DNA of 64,000 bases from an uncultured Alphaproteobacteria bacterium (GCA_902518985.1 CABYIF010000002.1:4660-68659); one strand, 5' to 3'. Positions 1 through 9,869 are shown, counted from the first letter of the stretch. Program-made: numbers and translations. The notes: generated by a model from the sequence alone, not told the origin.

Positions 1-1
1 T

Positions 2-562
2 ACAGCAATGGATTGTGTTAGGACAGCTGTAAGACAGGGAGCTAAATTAATCAAATGTTTATATAGACGTGATAAAAATAATATGCCTGGCTCACAAAGA
101 GAAGTACAAAATGCAATTGAAGAAGGAGTAGATTTCCAATGGTTAACTCTACCAATACAATACGTTGGTAATGGTTTTCTAAAAAAAGTAAGAACTGTTC
201 AAATGCAACTTGGTGAACCAGATGAATCTGGAAGAAGAAGGCCTGAGCCGAAGGAAGGAACAGAAAAAGATCTTGATGCAGATCTCGTTATTGAGGCACT
301 TGGTTTTGAGCCTGAAAATTTACCTAAACTTTTCAACAATGAAGAATTAACAGTAACAAGATGGGGAACCCTAAGAATTAATTATCAAAACATGATGACA
401 TCAATAGACGGTGTTTTTGCAGCAGGTGATATTGTTCGTGGAGCAAGTCTAGTAGTGTGGGGTATTAAGGATGGAAGAGATGCAGCAAAAAACATTGAAG
501 AATATATAGAATTTAAACAACTTTTAGCAAATAGAGATAATAAGAAAGTTGCTAATGCTTAA
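2..562 (+). CDS. gltD: glutamate synthase (NADPH) small subunit, C-terminal part; 5' end lies outside the window
   Basis: The frame is open from the window edge. It carries the C-terminal FAD-binding motif VFAAGDIVRGASLVVWGIKDGRDAA typical of GltD. Its stop overlaps the gltB start. Confidence 0.85.
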   Translation, partial: TAMDCVRTAVRQGAKLIKCLYRRDKNNMPGSQREVQNAIEEGVDFQWLTLPIQYVGNGFLKKVRTVQMQLGEPDESGRRRPEPKEGTEKDLDADLVIEALGFEPENLPKLFNNEELTVTRWGTLRINYQNMMTSIDGVFAAGDIVRGASLVVWGIKDGRDAAKNIEEYIEFKQLLANRDNKKVANA

Positions 563-3500
563 TAGATTTATAGAAAATTACAAAAAGAATAAAAAATTTC
601 TAGAAGAGAATCATATCTATAACGAAAAAGATGAACACGCATCATGTGGAGTAGGCTTAATTGCTTCTTTAGATGGCTCTGAAACAAGAGAAATTGTTGA
701 ACTCGGAGTACAAGCACTCAGAGTTCTTTATCACAGAGGTGCTGTTGATGCTGATGGTAAAACAGGTGATGGAGCTGGAATTCAATTATCTATCCCTAAA
801 GAATTTTTTATAGAAAAAATTGAACGAACTGGGCATAAACCAAATGATTATCCTTTTGGAGTTGGTATGATATTTTTACCAAGAACAGATTTTGCAGCCC
901 AAGAAAACGCACGCACAATAGTAGAATCCGAAATAATCAAAGAAGATCTAAAAATATATGGTTGGCGACATGTACCAATCAATTCTGCTATTATAGGTGA
1001 CAAAGCTAAAGCCACTAGACCTGAAATTGAACAAATCCTTATCTGCAATGAAAAAATGGAAGACGAAAAAGAATTTGATAATAAACTTTATATAATTAGA
1101 AAGAGAATAGAGAAGGAAATAAGAAATCAGAACATACCAGATTTTTATATTTGTTCACTTTCTTGTCAATCTATAGTTTATAAAGGAATGTTCTTAGCGG
1201 AACAACTTTCAAATTTCTATCCTGATATTCAGAAAAAAAATTTTATCTCCAGATATGCAGTTTATCATCAAAGATATTCTACAAACACATTTCCTACTTG
1301 GTCTCTCGCTCAACCATTTAGAGTAATTGCTCATAACGGAGAAATTAATACACTCAAAGGAAATAAAAACTGGATGTCTGCTCACGAACCAAGGATGCAA
1401 CATCAAAATTTTGGAAACGTTGATGATTTAAAACCAATCATAGATTCTAATGCTTCCGACTCAGCCGCTTTAGACTCAACTATTGAATTGCTTGTCAAAG
1501 CAAATCGCTCTCTTCCAATGGCAAAGATTATTACAATTCCTGAGGCTTGGGCTCACAGAAGAGACTTTCCTAAAAAATTAAAAGACTTATATGCTTATGG
1601 TGGTGCTGTTATGGAGCCTTGGGATGGACCTGCTGCTATCTGTGGAGCACATGGTGATTGGGCAATTGCTGGTATGGATAGAAACGGCTTGAGACCTATT
1701 CGTTATACACTTACAAAAAATCTTCTTATCGCTGGATCTGAAACAGGTATGGTAAAAGTTAATGAAGAAGATGTCGTTGAAAAAGGTAGAGTAGGACCAG
1801 GCCAATTAATTGCAATAAACTTTAAACAAAAAAAATTTTATAAAGATAATGAAATTAAAAAATACTTATCTGATACTAAACCATTTGGAAATTGGACTAA
1901 AAAAATTACCTACATCGATAGACTTGTTAAATCTGCAGATGAAGAATTTAGGGATTTAGACTCAGGTGATCTCCGAAAAAGAATGGCATGTTTTGCATGG
2001 TCAATAGAAGATATTGAATTAATTCTCCATCCTATGATTGCAGAAAAGAAAGAAGCAACAGGTTCAATGGGAGATGATACACCTCTTGCAGTACTATCAA
2101 ACAAATATCGAGGCCTTCATCATTTTTTTAGACAAAACTTTAGTCAAGTAACAAACCCCCCAATTGACTCTCTCAGAGAAAGAGTTGTAATGAGTCTTAG
2201 AACAAGAATAGGAAATTTAAGTAATATTCTTGATGAGAACGAAAACCAATGCGATCACCTTCAATTAAATTCTCCCGTCTTATCTATAGAGCAATTTAAG
2301 TCTATGAGAAAATATATGAGGCACACAGTTAAGGTTATTGATACTACAATGGATAAGACTGATCCTAAAAATACATTTGAAAGTGAAATTTCAAGAATAA
2401 ATAATGAAGCTGAACAAGCTGTCAGAGAAGGTTACGTTCATATTATACTAAGTGACAAGTCAATGTCTAAATCTAGAATTGCCCTTCCTATGATTTTAGT
2501 TACAAGTTCTGTTCATCATTATTTAATAAAAAATAATTTAAGAACTTTTATTTCACTAAATGTTCAATCTGCCGAATGTCTTGATGTTCATTATTTCGCT
2601 GTTCTTATTGGGGTAGGGGCAACGAGTGTAAATGCTTACATGGCTCAACAAGCAATAGCTGATAGACATAAAAAAGGATTATTTAAAAATTTAACATATG
2701 AAGAATGTGTAGAGAGATTCATTAATTCTATAAACAACGGCTTGTTAAAGACAATGAGTAAAATGGGCATATCTGTTGTAAATTCATATCGTGGCGGCTG
2801 TAATTTCGAGGCCATTGGTCTTAGCAGAAATTTAATGAGTAAATATTTTCCATCAATGAGTTCTAAAATTTCAGGAATTGGCATCAGTGGTATTGAAAAT
2901 AGATCAAGAGAGGCCCATGATAAAGCTTATGAAGAAAATATTATAACTTTGCCTATTGGCGGAAATTATCGTTACAGGTTTGGTGGAGAAAAACATGCAT
3001 TCGAGGCTCGATCAATTCATATGCTTCAAACTGCAGTTTCTTCTAACAATTATTCTTTATTTAAAAAATATTCTTCAATGGTAGATGACATGGATCCAAT
3101 TAATATTCGCGATCTTTTAAATTTCAAAAAAAATAAAGATAATAAAAATCAATCAAATAATGTTGAACCATCTCAAGAAATTAGAAAGAGATTAGTAGCT
3201 CCAGGCATTTCCCTTGGTGCATTAAGTCCAGAGGCACATGAAACACTATCTGTGGCTATGAATAGAATTGGTGCAAAATCAGACTCAGGTGAGGGTGGAG
3301 AGGATCCAGTTAGATTTAAACCTAAATCAAATGGAGATAATGCATCTTCGAAAATTAAGCAAATTGCTAGTGGACGTTTTGGAGTAACTGCCGAGTATTT
3401 AAACAACTGTGAAGAAATTGAGATTAAAGTTGCACAAGGTGCAAAGCCTGGAGAAGGCGGTCAATTACCTGGAGGTAAGGTTACAGGCTTAATTGCAAAG

Positions 3501-5072
3501 CTGAGACATTCAACAGAGGGTGTAACTTTAATTAGTCCACCACCTCATCATGATATTTATTCAATAGAAGATCTTGCTCAACTAATTTATGATTTGAAAC
3601 AAATTAATCCAAAAGCAAAAGTTTGTGTTAAACTTGTTGCTCAGTCAGGAATTGGCACTGTCGCAGCTGGTGTAGCAAAAGCAAAAGCTGACACGATTTT
3701 AATATCAGGACATAATGGTGGAACCGGTGCGAGTCCTCAAACAAGCATTAAATATGCAGGACTTCCATGGGAGTTAGGTTTAAGTGAAGTTCATCAAGTT
3801 TTATCTTTAAATAACTTAAGAGATAAAGTTGTTCTTAGAACAGATGGTGGTTTAAAAACTGGTAAAGACATTGTTATTGCCGCAATGCTTGGAGCTGAAG
3901 AATACGGCATAGGTACAGCTAGTTTAGTTGCAATGGGCTGTATTATGGTAAGACAATGCCATTCCAACACTTGTCCGGTTGGAGTATGCTCTCAAGATGA
4001 AAAGTTAAGAGAAAAATTTACTGGCACACCTGAAAAAGTTATTAATTTATTTAGTTTTATTGCTGAAGAAGTTAGAGAAATTTTATCTAACCTTGGTTTT
4101 AATTCTTTAGATGAAGTTGTTGGAAGGTCAGATCTTCTTTATCAAGTAAGTAGAGGAAGTTCAGATCTTGATGACCTTGATCTCAATCCAATCATTCAAA
4201 CAATTGACTCATTTGTAGGAAATTTTGATAGTAAAAAGAATACTATTAACAAGGTAAGCGATAGTTTAGATTTAAAAATTATTGAAGATGCAAAATCATT
4301 TTTTGATGATAACCATAAAATTGAATTAAACTATAATATTCAAAATACAGATAGAGCAATTGGAACCAGACTAGCATCTGAGATTACAACAACAAAAGGT
4401 ATGAGTGCCCTTAATGACGATTTCTTTACTGTTAATTTTCATGGATCAGCTGGTCAATCTTTTGGTGCTTGGAGTGTACAAGGTACTACATTAAGGGTTT
4501 ACGGTGATGCTAATGATTATGTTGCTAAAGGATTATCTGGAGGCAAGATTGTTATTCAGCCAAGTTCAGCTTCGACGCTTCCTTCAAATAAAAATGTAAT
4601 TATCGGAAACACAATCTTATATGGTGCAACGCGAGGAAAATTATTTGCTGCAGGAACTGCAGGTGACAGATTTGGTGTTAGAAACTCTGGTGCACATGCA
4701 GTTATAGAAGGTTGTGGAGACAACGGTTGTGAATATATGACTGGAGGAAGCGCAGTTATTCTGGGAGAAGTTGGAAACAATTTTGGAGCAGGAATGACAG
4801 GTGGTATGGCATATGTTTATGATAAAGAGGGTACACTTCCTTTAAGAATTAATCTTGAAGATATTTTTTATCAGCAACAAATGACAAATTATTGGGAACA
4901 AATATTATTTCAAAAGATTGAAGAGCATGTCAAAGAGACAAACTCTAAATATGCTCAAAATATTCTAAATAACTGGGATAATGAAAAATTATTATTCTGG
5001 CAGATTGTTCCAAAAGAAATGATATATAAATTTGATCAACCTGTCTTAATAAAAGAAGAAAAATTAGCTTAA
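555..5072 (+). CDS. gltB: glutamate synthase large subunit
   Basis: About 1500 aa. It has the Ntn-amidotransferase catalytic Cys after a short propeptide (HASCGVGLIA), an FMN domain, the 3Fe-4S motif CHSNTCPVGV and a C-terminal Gly-rich beta-helix domain. I prefer ATG 555 over TTG 549. Confidence 0.95.
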   Translation: MLNRFIENYKKNKKFLEENHIYNEKDEHASCGVGLIASLDGSETREIVELGVQALRVLYHRGAVDADGKTGDGAGIQLSIPKEFFIEKIERTGHKPNDYPFGVGMIFLPRTDFAAQENARTIVESEIIKEDLKIYGWRHVPINSAIIGDKAKATRPEIEQILICNEKMEDEKEFDNKLYIIRKRIEKEIRNQNIPDFYICSLSCQSIVYKGMFLAEQLSNFYPDIQKKNFISRYAVYHQRYSTNTFPTWSLAQPFRVIAHNGEINTLKGNKNWMSAHEPRMQHQNFGNVDDLKPIIDSNASDSAALDSTIELLVKANRSLPMAKIITIPEAWAHRRDFPKKLKDLYAYGGAVMEPWDGPAAICGAHGDWAIAGMDRNGLRPIRYTLTKNLLIAGSETGMVKVNEEDVVEKGRVGPGQLIAINFKQKKFYKDNEIKKYLSDTKPFGNWTKKITYIDRLVKSADEEFRDLDSGDLRKRMACFAWSIEDIELILHPMIAEKKEATGSMGDDTPLAVLSNKYRGLHHFFRQNFSQVTNPPIDSLRERVVMSLRTRIGNLSNILDENENQCDHLQLNSPVLSIEQFKSMRKYMRHTVKVIDTTMDKTDPKNTFESEISRINNEAEQAVREGYVHIILSDKSMSKSRIALPMILVTSSVHHYLIKNNLRTFISLNVQSAECLDVHYFAVLIGVGATSVNAYMAQQAIADRHKKGLFKNLTYEECVERFINSINNGLLKTMSKMGISVVNSYRGGCNFEAIGLSRNLMSKYFPSMSSKISGIGISGIENRSREAHDKAYEENIITLPIGGNYRYRFGGEKHAFEARSIHMLQTAVSSNNYSLFKKYSSMVDDMDPINIRDLLNFKKNKDNKNQSNNVEPSQEIRKRLVAPGISLGALSPEAHETLSVAMNRIGAKSDSGEGGEDPVRFKPKSNGDNASSKIKQIASGRFGVTAEYLNNCEEIEIKVAQGAKPGEGGQLPGGKVTGLIAKLRHSTEGVTLISPPPHHDIYSIEDLAQLIYDLKQINPKAKVCVKLVAQSGIGTVAAGVAKAKADTILISGHNGGTGASPQTSIKYAGLPWELGLSEVHQVLSLNNLRDKVVLRTDGGLKTGKDIVIAAMLGAEEYGIGTASLVAMGCIMVRQCHSNTCPVGVCSQDEKLREKFTGTPEKVINLFSFIAEEVREILSNLGFNSLDEVVGRSDLLYQVSRGSSDLDDLDLNPIIQTIDSFVGNFDSKKNTINKVSDSLDLKIIEDAKSFFDDNHKIELNYNIQNTDRAIGTRLASEITTTKGMSALNDDFFTVNFHGSAGQSFGAWSVQGTTLRVYGDANDYVAKGLSGGKIVIQPSSASTLPSNKNVIIGNTILYGATRGKLFAAGTAGDRFGVRNSGAHAVIEGCGDNGCEYMTGGSAVILGEVGNNFGAGMTGGMAYVYDKEGTLPLRINLEDIFYQQQMTNYWEQILFQKIEEHVKETNSKYAQNILNNWDNEKLLFWQIVPKEMIYKFDQPVLIKEEKLA

Positions 5073-5803
5073 TTTTTTTTTATTATAGATTTAATAGACT
5101 CATTAATTACCTTGAGATCAAAAGGTTCTGATAGTCTATGATCACTATTTTTTAAAAGCTTAATTTGTATTTTATTACCTTTTATTTTTTTAACTATTTT
5201 TTCTGGGACATCTGGTTTGACTACATTATCTTTTAAACCTTGAATTAATATTAAAGGTTTGCTCCATTTAAAATCTTTATTTAAAATTTTATTTTTTCTA
5301 CCATCAATAATATATTTCTTTTTAACAAGATAACTAAAGCCATAAGAAGAATATCTAATAAATCCTTTTTTATCCAACTCTTCTTTTTTCTTATTAGAAA
5401 GATCATTGTAAAATCCATCTATGTAATCTGGGGCGGCTGCAAGTCCTACCATACCAGCTACTCGTGATGGTCTTGCTTTAGCTGCTAAAAACATTAACCA
5501 TCCTCCCATACTACTTCCAACAAGTATTTGAGGACCTTTAGTTATATTATCAATGACATCGATTAAATCCTTTTTCCAATCAGAGATTGTAAAATCTTCA
5601 AATTTTCCACTAGATTTTCCATGACCTCGGCACTCAAAACGAATAAAACAAAGCTTATTTTTCTTAGCATATTTCTCAACAGACATTGCTTTTTGGCCAC
5701 TCATATCAGAATTTAACCCATGGATAAAAATGATACCAGGAGATTTTCCCTTAAGTGATTTATAATGTATTTTTTCTTTTTTCTTATTAATAAAGTAGGC
5801 CAT
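5069..5803 (-). CDS. alpha/beta-fold serine hydrolase
   Basis: It has the nucleophile elbow GSSMGG, an HG oxyanion motif (IFIHGLNS) and a C-terminal DH pair. Length is 244 aa. Confidence 0.7.
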   Translation of the reverse strand: MAYFINKKKEKIHYKSLKGKSPGIIFIHGLNSDMSGQKAMSVEKYAKKNKLCFIRFECRGHGKSSGKFEDFTISDWKKDLIDVIDNITKGPQILVGSSMGGWLMFLAAKARPSRVAGMVGLAAAPDYIDGFYNDLSNKKKEELDKKGFIRYSSYGFSYLVKKKYIIDGRKNKILNKDFKWSKPLILIQGLKDNVVKPDVPEKIVKKIKGNKIQIKLLKNSDHRLSEPFDLKVINESIKSIIKKN

Positions 5804-5832
5804 CTTTGATACAAATACTTATATTTAATAAA

Positions 5833-6960
5833 ATGTCATCATTTAATGTCGCTCAAATAATTCCATCCTTAGAATCTGGTGGTGCAGAAAGAGGCACTAT
5901 TGATGTTTCTAATTATTTATCTGAATTAGGAATCAATAATAATATTATATCTAATGGGGGACGTTTATTAAATGAAACTGATAAAAATTTAACAAATCAT
6001 TTTAAATTATCAGTAAACTCAAAAAACTTTATAACCTACCCACTTATTGCCAGTAGAATTAACAAAATAATTAGTAAAAATAATATTAATATTGCCCATA
6101 TTCGATCAAGAGGTCCTGCCTGGATATTACGTTTTGTTAATACTAGGAATATAAAAACAATTTCAACTTTTCATAATGTTTATTCTGGTACATCATTTTT
6201 AAAAAAAATTTATAATAAACAACTTGCTAATGTAGATAGAATTGTAGCTATATCTGATTATGTTAAAAATGAAATAATCAACAAATATAAAATAGATAAA
6301 CAAAAGTTGGAGGTCATAAATAGAGGAGTGGATGTTGATTATTATGATAGAAAATTTTCTGATGATCTTGTTAAATATTTCTTAAATAAAAAGTCAATTA
6401 ATCCAAATAAAAAAATAATTCTTTACCCTGCAAGATTAACTAATTGGAAAGGCCATATTGAATTTTTAGATGTATTTAAAAAATTTAATAATGAAAATTA
6501 TTTTTTATATCTTGTTGGAGACACAAAAAATAAATCTTATACTGAAAGAGTCAAAAATAAAATTAATGACCTTAATTTAACAAATAACTGTCAAATTTTA
6601 GGAAATCTTAATAAAGATGATTTAAAAATTATGTACTATTTATCGTCAATAATTGTGTCACTTCCTTTACAACCAGAAGGGTTTGGAAGAATAGTCGGTG
6701 AAGCACTAGTGATGAGAAAAAAATTATTAGCATTTAATTTTGGTGGAGTTAAAGATCAATTAAATGGGTTGGATGATATCTATAAAGCTGAACCATTAGT
6801 ATATGATAATCTTCACTTAAAGCTTCAGGATCTGGCAGAAATTGATAATGAAAGATTTTTAGATATATCTAACAATAGTAGAAATCACATTATTAATAAT
6901 TTTTCAAAAGAGCAGATGGTAAAGAAATATTTTAATTTATATGAAAAAATCTCAGTATAA
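5833..6960 (+). CDS. glycosyltransferase family 4 (GT-B, LPS/envelope)
   Basis: The N-terminus has the PSLESGGAERG motif and the C-terminal half has the EGFGRIVGEA (E-x7-E type) motif. ATG 5833 is preferred over TTG 5806. Confidence 0.7.
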   Translation: MSSFNVAQIIPSLESGGAERGTIDVSNYLSELGINNNIISNGGRLLNETDKNLTNHFKLSVNSKNFITYPLIASRINKIISKNNINIAHIRSRGPAWILRFVNTRNIKTISTFHNVYSGTSFLKKIYNKQLANVDRIVAISDYVKNEIINKYKIDKQKLEVINRGVDVDYYDRKFSDDLVKYFLNKKSINPNKKIILYPARLTNWKGHIEFLDVFKKFNNENYFLYLVGDTKNKSYTERVKNKINDLNLTNNCQILGNLNKDDLKIMYYLSSIIVSLPLQPEGFGRIVGEALVMRKKLLAFNFGGVKDQLNGLDDIYKAEPLVYDNLHLKLQDLAEIDNERFLDISNNSRNHIINNFSKEQMVKKYFNLYEKISV

Positions 6961-7876
6961 TAATATCTTAGTTGTAAAACATGGTTCTCTTGGTGATATA
7001 GCATTTTCATTGTTGGCTATGGCAACAATTCGGAAATATTTTAATGACTCAAAAATAGATTTAATTACAGAGAGTAAATATAAAAATTTGTTGAAGAAAT
7101 CAGATAATTTTGACTCAATTATTGAGGACAGTCGTAAAGGATTTTTAAATACTTTAAAGGTAATATTCAAAATATATAAAAATAAATATGACCTAATAAT
7201 TGACCTGCAGAACTCAAAAAGAACAAATTATTACTGGCTATTATTAAAATATTTTTCTAAAAGTAAAATTAATGGCTCAAGATCAAATTGTGGTATTAGG
7301 TATAAAATTCCTCAGCAAGGAACTGAATCTCCTCAAAAAGGCTTATATAATCAGCTCAGACTATTAGGTATAAATGAAATATCAGATGATCTTGGATGGC
7401 TTGAAACAAATACAGATAAGATATCAGAAGATAAAATAATAATGTTTATTCCCGGTGTTTCAAACTCAGGAAAATATAAACAATGGTCTTCAAAAAAATT
7501 TGCAGAACTTGCAAAAATTCTTGAAAATAAAAATTATAAAATTTGTGTTGTAGGCCAGGATAGTGATAAAAAAATAATAGATATAATAAAGAAAAACTGT
7601 AGAAAAATAATTGATTTGACTGGTAAATCACCTCCTGAGATTATCTATTCAATTGCAAAAAAAAGTCATTTAGTTGTAAGCAATGATACTGGTCCAGGTC
7701 ATATTGCTGCTCTTAGTAAAACAAATACTTTATTTTTAGCGCTGGATAATATGATTTCTGAATCAAATTTATCAGAGTATAAAAATGCATTTAAGATCCT
7801 TAGTAAATCTATGGACACAATATTAGTTGAAGATGTTTTAAATTATATAGATCAAAACAAACTAATTAATGAATGA
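6941..7876 (+). CDS. glycosyltransferase family 9 (heptosyltransferase-like, LPS core)
   Basis: It has the N-terminal HGSLGDIAFSL motif and the C-terminal SNDTGPGHIAA motif characteristic of GT9. Confidence 0.7.
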   Translation: MKKSQYNNILVVKHGSLGDIAFSLLAMATIRKYFNDSKIDLITESKYKNLLKKSDNFDSIIEDSRKGFLNTLKVIFKIYKNKYDLIIDLQNSKRTNYYWLLLKYFSKSKINGSRSNCGIRYKIPQQGTESPQKGLYNQLRLLGINEISDDLGWLETNTDKISEDKIIMFIPGVSNSGKYKQWSSKKFAELAKILENKNYKICVVGQDSDKKIIDIIKKNCRKIIDLTGKSPPEIIYSIAKKSHLVVSNDTGPGHIAALSKTNTLFLALDNMISESNLSEYKNAFKILSKSMDTILVEDVLNYIDQNKLINE

Positions 7877-8878
7877 ATTTAATTTCTCTTCAAAATTATC
7901 TTCATTAAATATCAGTTTTGTATATTTTTTTCTCCAAGGAGCATATTCTTCTGAAATCATTTCTGGCAAATTATCAGCATCATAAATTACACAAAGTTTA
8001 CAATTTGTAAGTGAAGCTATATGAGTACATCCACATTCAGGCGTAATTACATAAGTTGAAGAATTGATTATAGATGTCCAATTATTAAAATCTAATTCTT
8101 CTAAAATTAATATTCCATTTATTTCTTTGAGATTTATAAAATCATCATTATTAATATGTTTATATTCTTCATAAATTTTACTAAAAACCTTTTTTGTAGA
8201 TTGATCACTAGTCATAACTATATTCCTACCAGTATGTTTTAATTTATTTAATAAATTAATAAAATGATCTTCCAAGAAATATCTATTTATCCATTTGGAT
8301 GAAAGATGAATTAAACATATTTCTTTATGACCATAATTTCTTTTATCAAATTGAAACAAATAATTAATTAACTCATTTTCAAGAAGTTTTAAGCCACTTT
8401 GTTTGACTAAATCTTGCATTAATTTACTTTGATTGATTGATTTATTTTGCTTAAAATATGAATTCCTATTCACAATTTTGATGTTATTAAAAAATATTTT
8501 ACAAAAAATTCTCTCAATTAATTTACTGAATATCCCAGATTTATATCTTGATTGTAATATGAGTAATGATTTAGACTTACTTTTTGAAAATATTGATATT
8601 ATAATGCTTATCCATCCGGGGCTAAACGAGTAAATATAATCATAATTTTGTTTTCTTAGGAGTCTAATAGTACTCAATATATTGGATAATTTTCTATTTA
8701 ATAAAAATAATTTATTAATGACTGAAATATTTTTACATACTTTTAAATTATTATCTGAACAAACAACATCGATAATATTTTCTTCGTTAGCTTTTTTTAA
8801 ACCTTGAATAACAGGAAGAGTTAGTATCATATCTCCCATTTTATCAATCCTAACAACACAAATTTTCATAAAGTTCAC
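7862..8878 (-). CDS. glycosyltransferase family 9-like protein
   Basis: The N-terminus RIDKMGDMILTLPVIQGLK and the C-terminal TPECGCTHIAS motif resemble GT9. It is divergent from the family, and its 3' end overlaps the previous GT9 gene by 15 nt. Confidence 0.6.
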   Translation of the reverse strand: MNFMKICVVRIDKMGDMILTLPVIQGLKKANEENIIDVVCSDNNLKVCKNISVINKLFLLNRKLSNILSTIRLLRKQNYDYIYSFSPGWISIIISIFSKSKSKSLLILQSRYKSGIFSKLIERIFCKIFFNNIKIVNRNSYFKQNKSINQSKLMQDLVKQSGLKLLENELINYLFQFDKRNYGHKEICLIHLSSKWINRYFLEDHFINLLNKLKHTGRNIVMTSDQSTKKVFSKIYEEYKHINNDDFINLKEINGILILEELDFNNWTSIINSSTYVITPECGCTHIASLTNCKLCVIYDADNLPEMISEEYAPWRKKYTKLIFNEDNFEEKLNSFIN

Positions 8879-9024
8879 AAAATATTTCTAATCAATACAA
8901 TTCTTTTTTAAATCAGGTCTTGAATTTAAATTCATTTGAGATTATATCCTAACAAAATATGAAAAAAGACTCAATTTCCTAATATGCTATTAAATAATAG
9001 CTTTAACACAATCTCAATATAATC

Positions 9025-9564
9025 TTGGCTGTAAATTTCAAATCAAAGAAAGATATTGGTCCTAGAATCAATGAGCAAATTACTGCAAGTGAGGTAAGAC
9101 TGATATCAAGTAATGGTAAGCAGCTTGGTATTTTAAGTATTCGTGAAGCTCTTATACAGGCGGAAGATGAAGGTTTTGATCTAGTTGAGGTATCTCCTGA
9201 AGCCAATCCACCAGTATGTAAAATAATAGACTACGGAAAACTTAAATATAGAGAACAGAAAAGTAAAAAAGAGGCAAAGAAAAAACAAAAAACAATAGAA
9301 GTTAAAGAAATTAAAATGAGACCTGGAATTGATACTCATGATTATAACGTCAAAGTTAAGGCACTTTCTAAATTTATTGGGGGTGGAAATAAGGTAAAAG
9401 TTTCTATGCGCTTTAAAGGAAGAGAGATGGAACACCAAAATTTAGGCTTTAATTTGTTAAAGAAATTAACAAATGAGGTTGAAGAATACGCTAAGGTAGA
9501 GGTTGCTCCTAAATTTGAAGGAAAGCAGATTATGATGATATTAGTACCACAAATAGTAAAATAG
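9025..9564 (+). CDS. infC: translation initiation factor IF-3
   Basis: There is strong similarity over the full length (RINEQITASEVRLI..., NPPVCKIIDYGK, the IKMRP...D linker and the C-domain). No in-frame ATG or GTG is available between the upstream stop (9004..9006) and the conserved N-terminus. Start candidates are TTG 9025, ATC 9022 and ATA 9019. Confidence 0.9.
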   Translation: MAVNFKSKKDIGPRINEQITASEVRLISSNGKQLGILSIREALIQAEDEGFDLVEVSPEANPPVCKIIDYGKLKYREQKSKKEAKKKQKTIEVKEIKMRPGIDTHDYNVKVKALSKFIGGGNKVKVSMRFKGREMEHQNLGFNLLKKLTNEVEEYAKVEVAPKFEGKQIMMILVPQIVK

Positions 9565-9615
9565 AGTCTAACTTATTGCAAAATATATAATTTTCAGTAT
9601 AAGCCACTAAAACTT

Positions 9616-9640
9616 GTTATGGCCTGCGGGGCAGCCTAAC
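9616..9640 (+). promoter_or_regulatory. GC-rich bulged hairpin in the infC-rpmI spacer (candidate r-protein leader or attenuator element)
   Basis: GTTA-t-GGC-c-TGC / GCA-GCC-TAAC pairs into roughly 10 bp around a GGG loop. It is the only GC-rich patch in an A/T spacer, lies 28 nt upstream of the rpmI ATG, and has no T-tract after it. Confidence 0.3.
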
Positions 9641-9668
9641 GGTGAACTATTAATTAAAGGAGTTAAAA

Positions 9669-9869
9669 ATGCCCAAGCTAAAAACAAAAAGCAGTTTGAA
9701 GAAAAGATTTTCTAGGACTGGAACAGGAAAAATAAAATTTAAACCTGCTGGTAAAAGACATGGAATGAGCAAACGTTCCAATAAATTCATACGTAACACA
9801 AAAAGATCTGCGATAATGTCACCTGGTGACTCTGCTTTAATTGATCACATGTTACCATATAACAAGTAA
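9669..9869 (+). CDS. rpmI: 50S ribosomal protein L35
   Basis: [14 protein letters not shown]... is the canonical L35 N-terminus. GGAG lies 8 nt upstream. It sits in the infC-rpmI-rplT order. Confidence 0.95.
   Translation: MPKLKTKSSLKKRFSRTGTGKIKFKPAGKRHGMSKRSNKFIRNTKRSAIMSPGDSALIDHMLPYNK

Noticed and set aside
848-4780. Seven antisense ORFs of 64-79 aa within gltB, and similar short shadow ORFs elsewhere in the track (for example 6952..7170, 8433..8633, 9003..9206, 9181..9438, 9900..10103, 10348..10554, 14088..14300, 30419..30685, 32044..32289).
   Set aside because: All lie inside strongly supported genes, in alternative or antisense frames, and none has a recognisable motif.
2-5072. gltD lies upstream of gltB, the reverse of the E. 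coli gltBD order.
   Set aside because: As far as I recall, the same small-then-large order has been described in other alphaproteobacteria (for example Azospirillum), so it is not novel.
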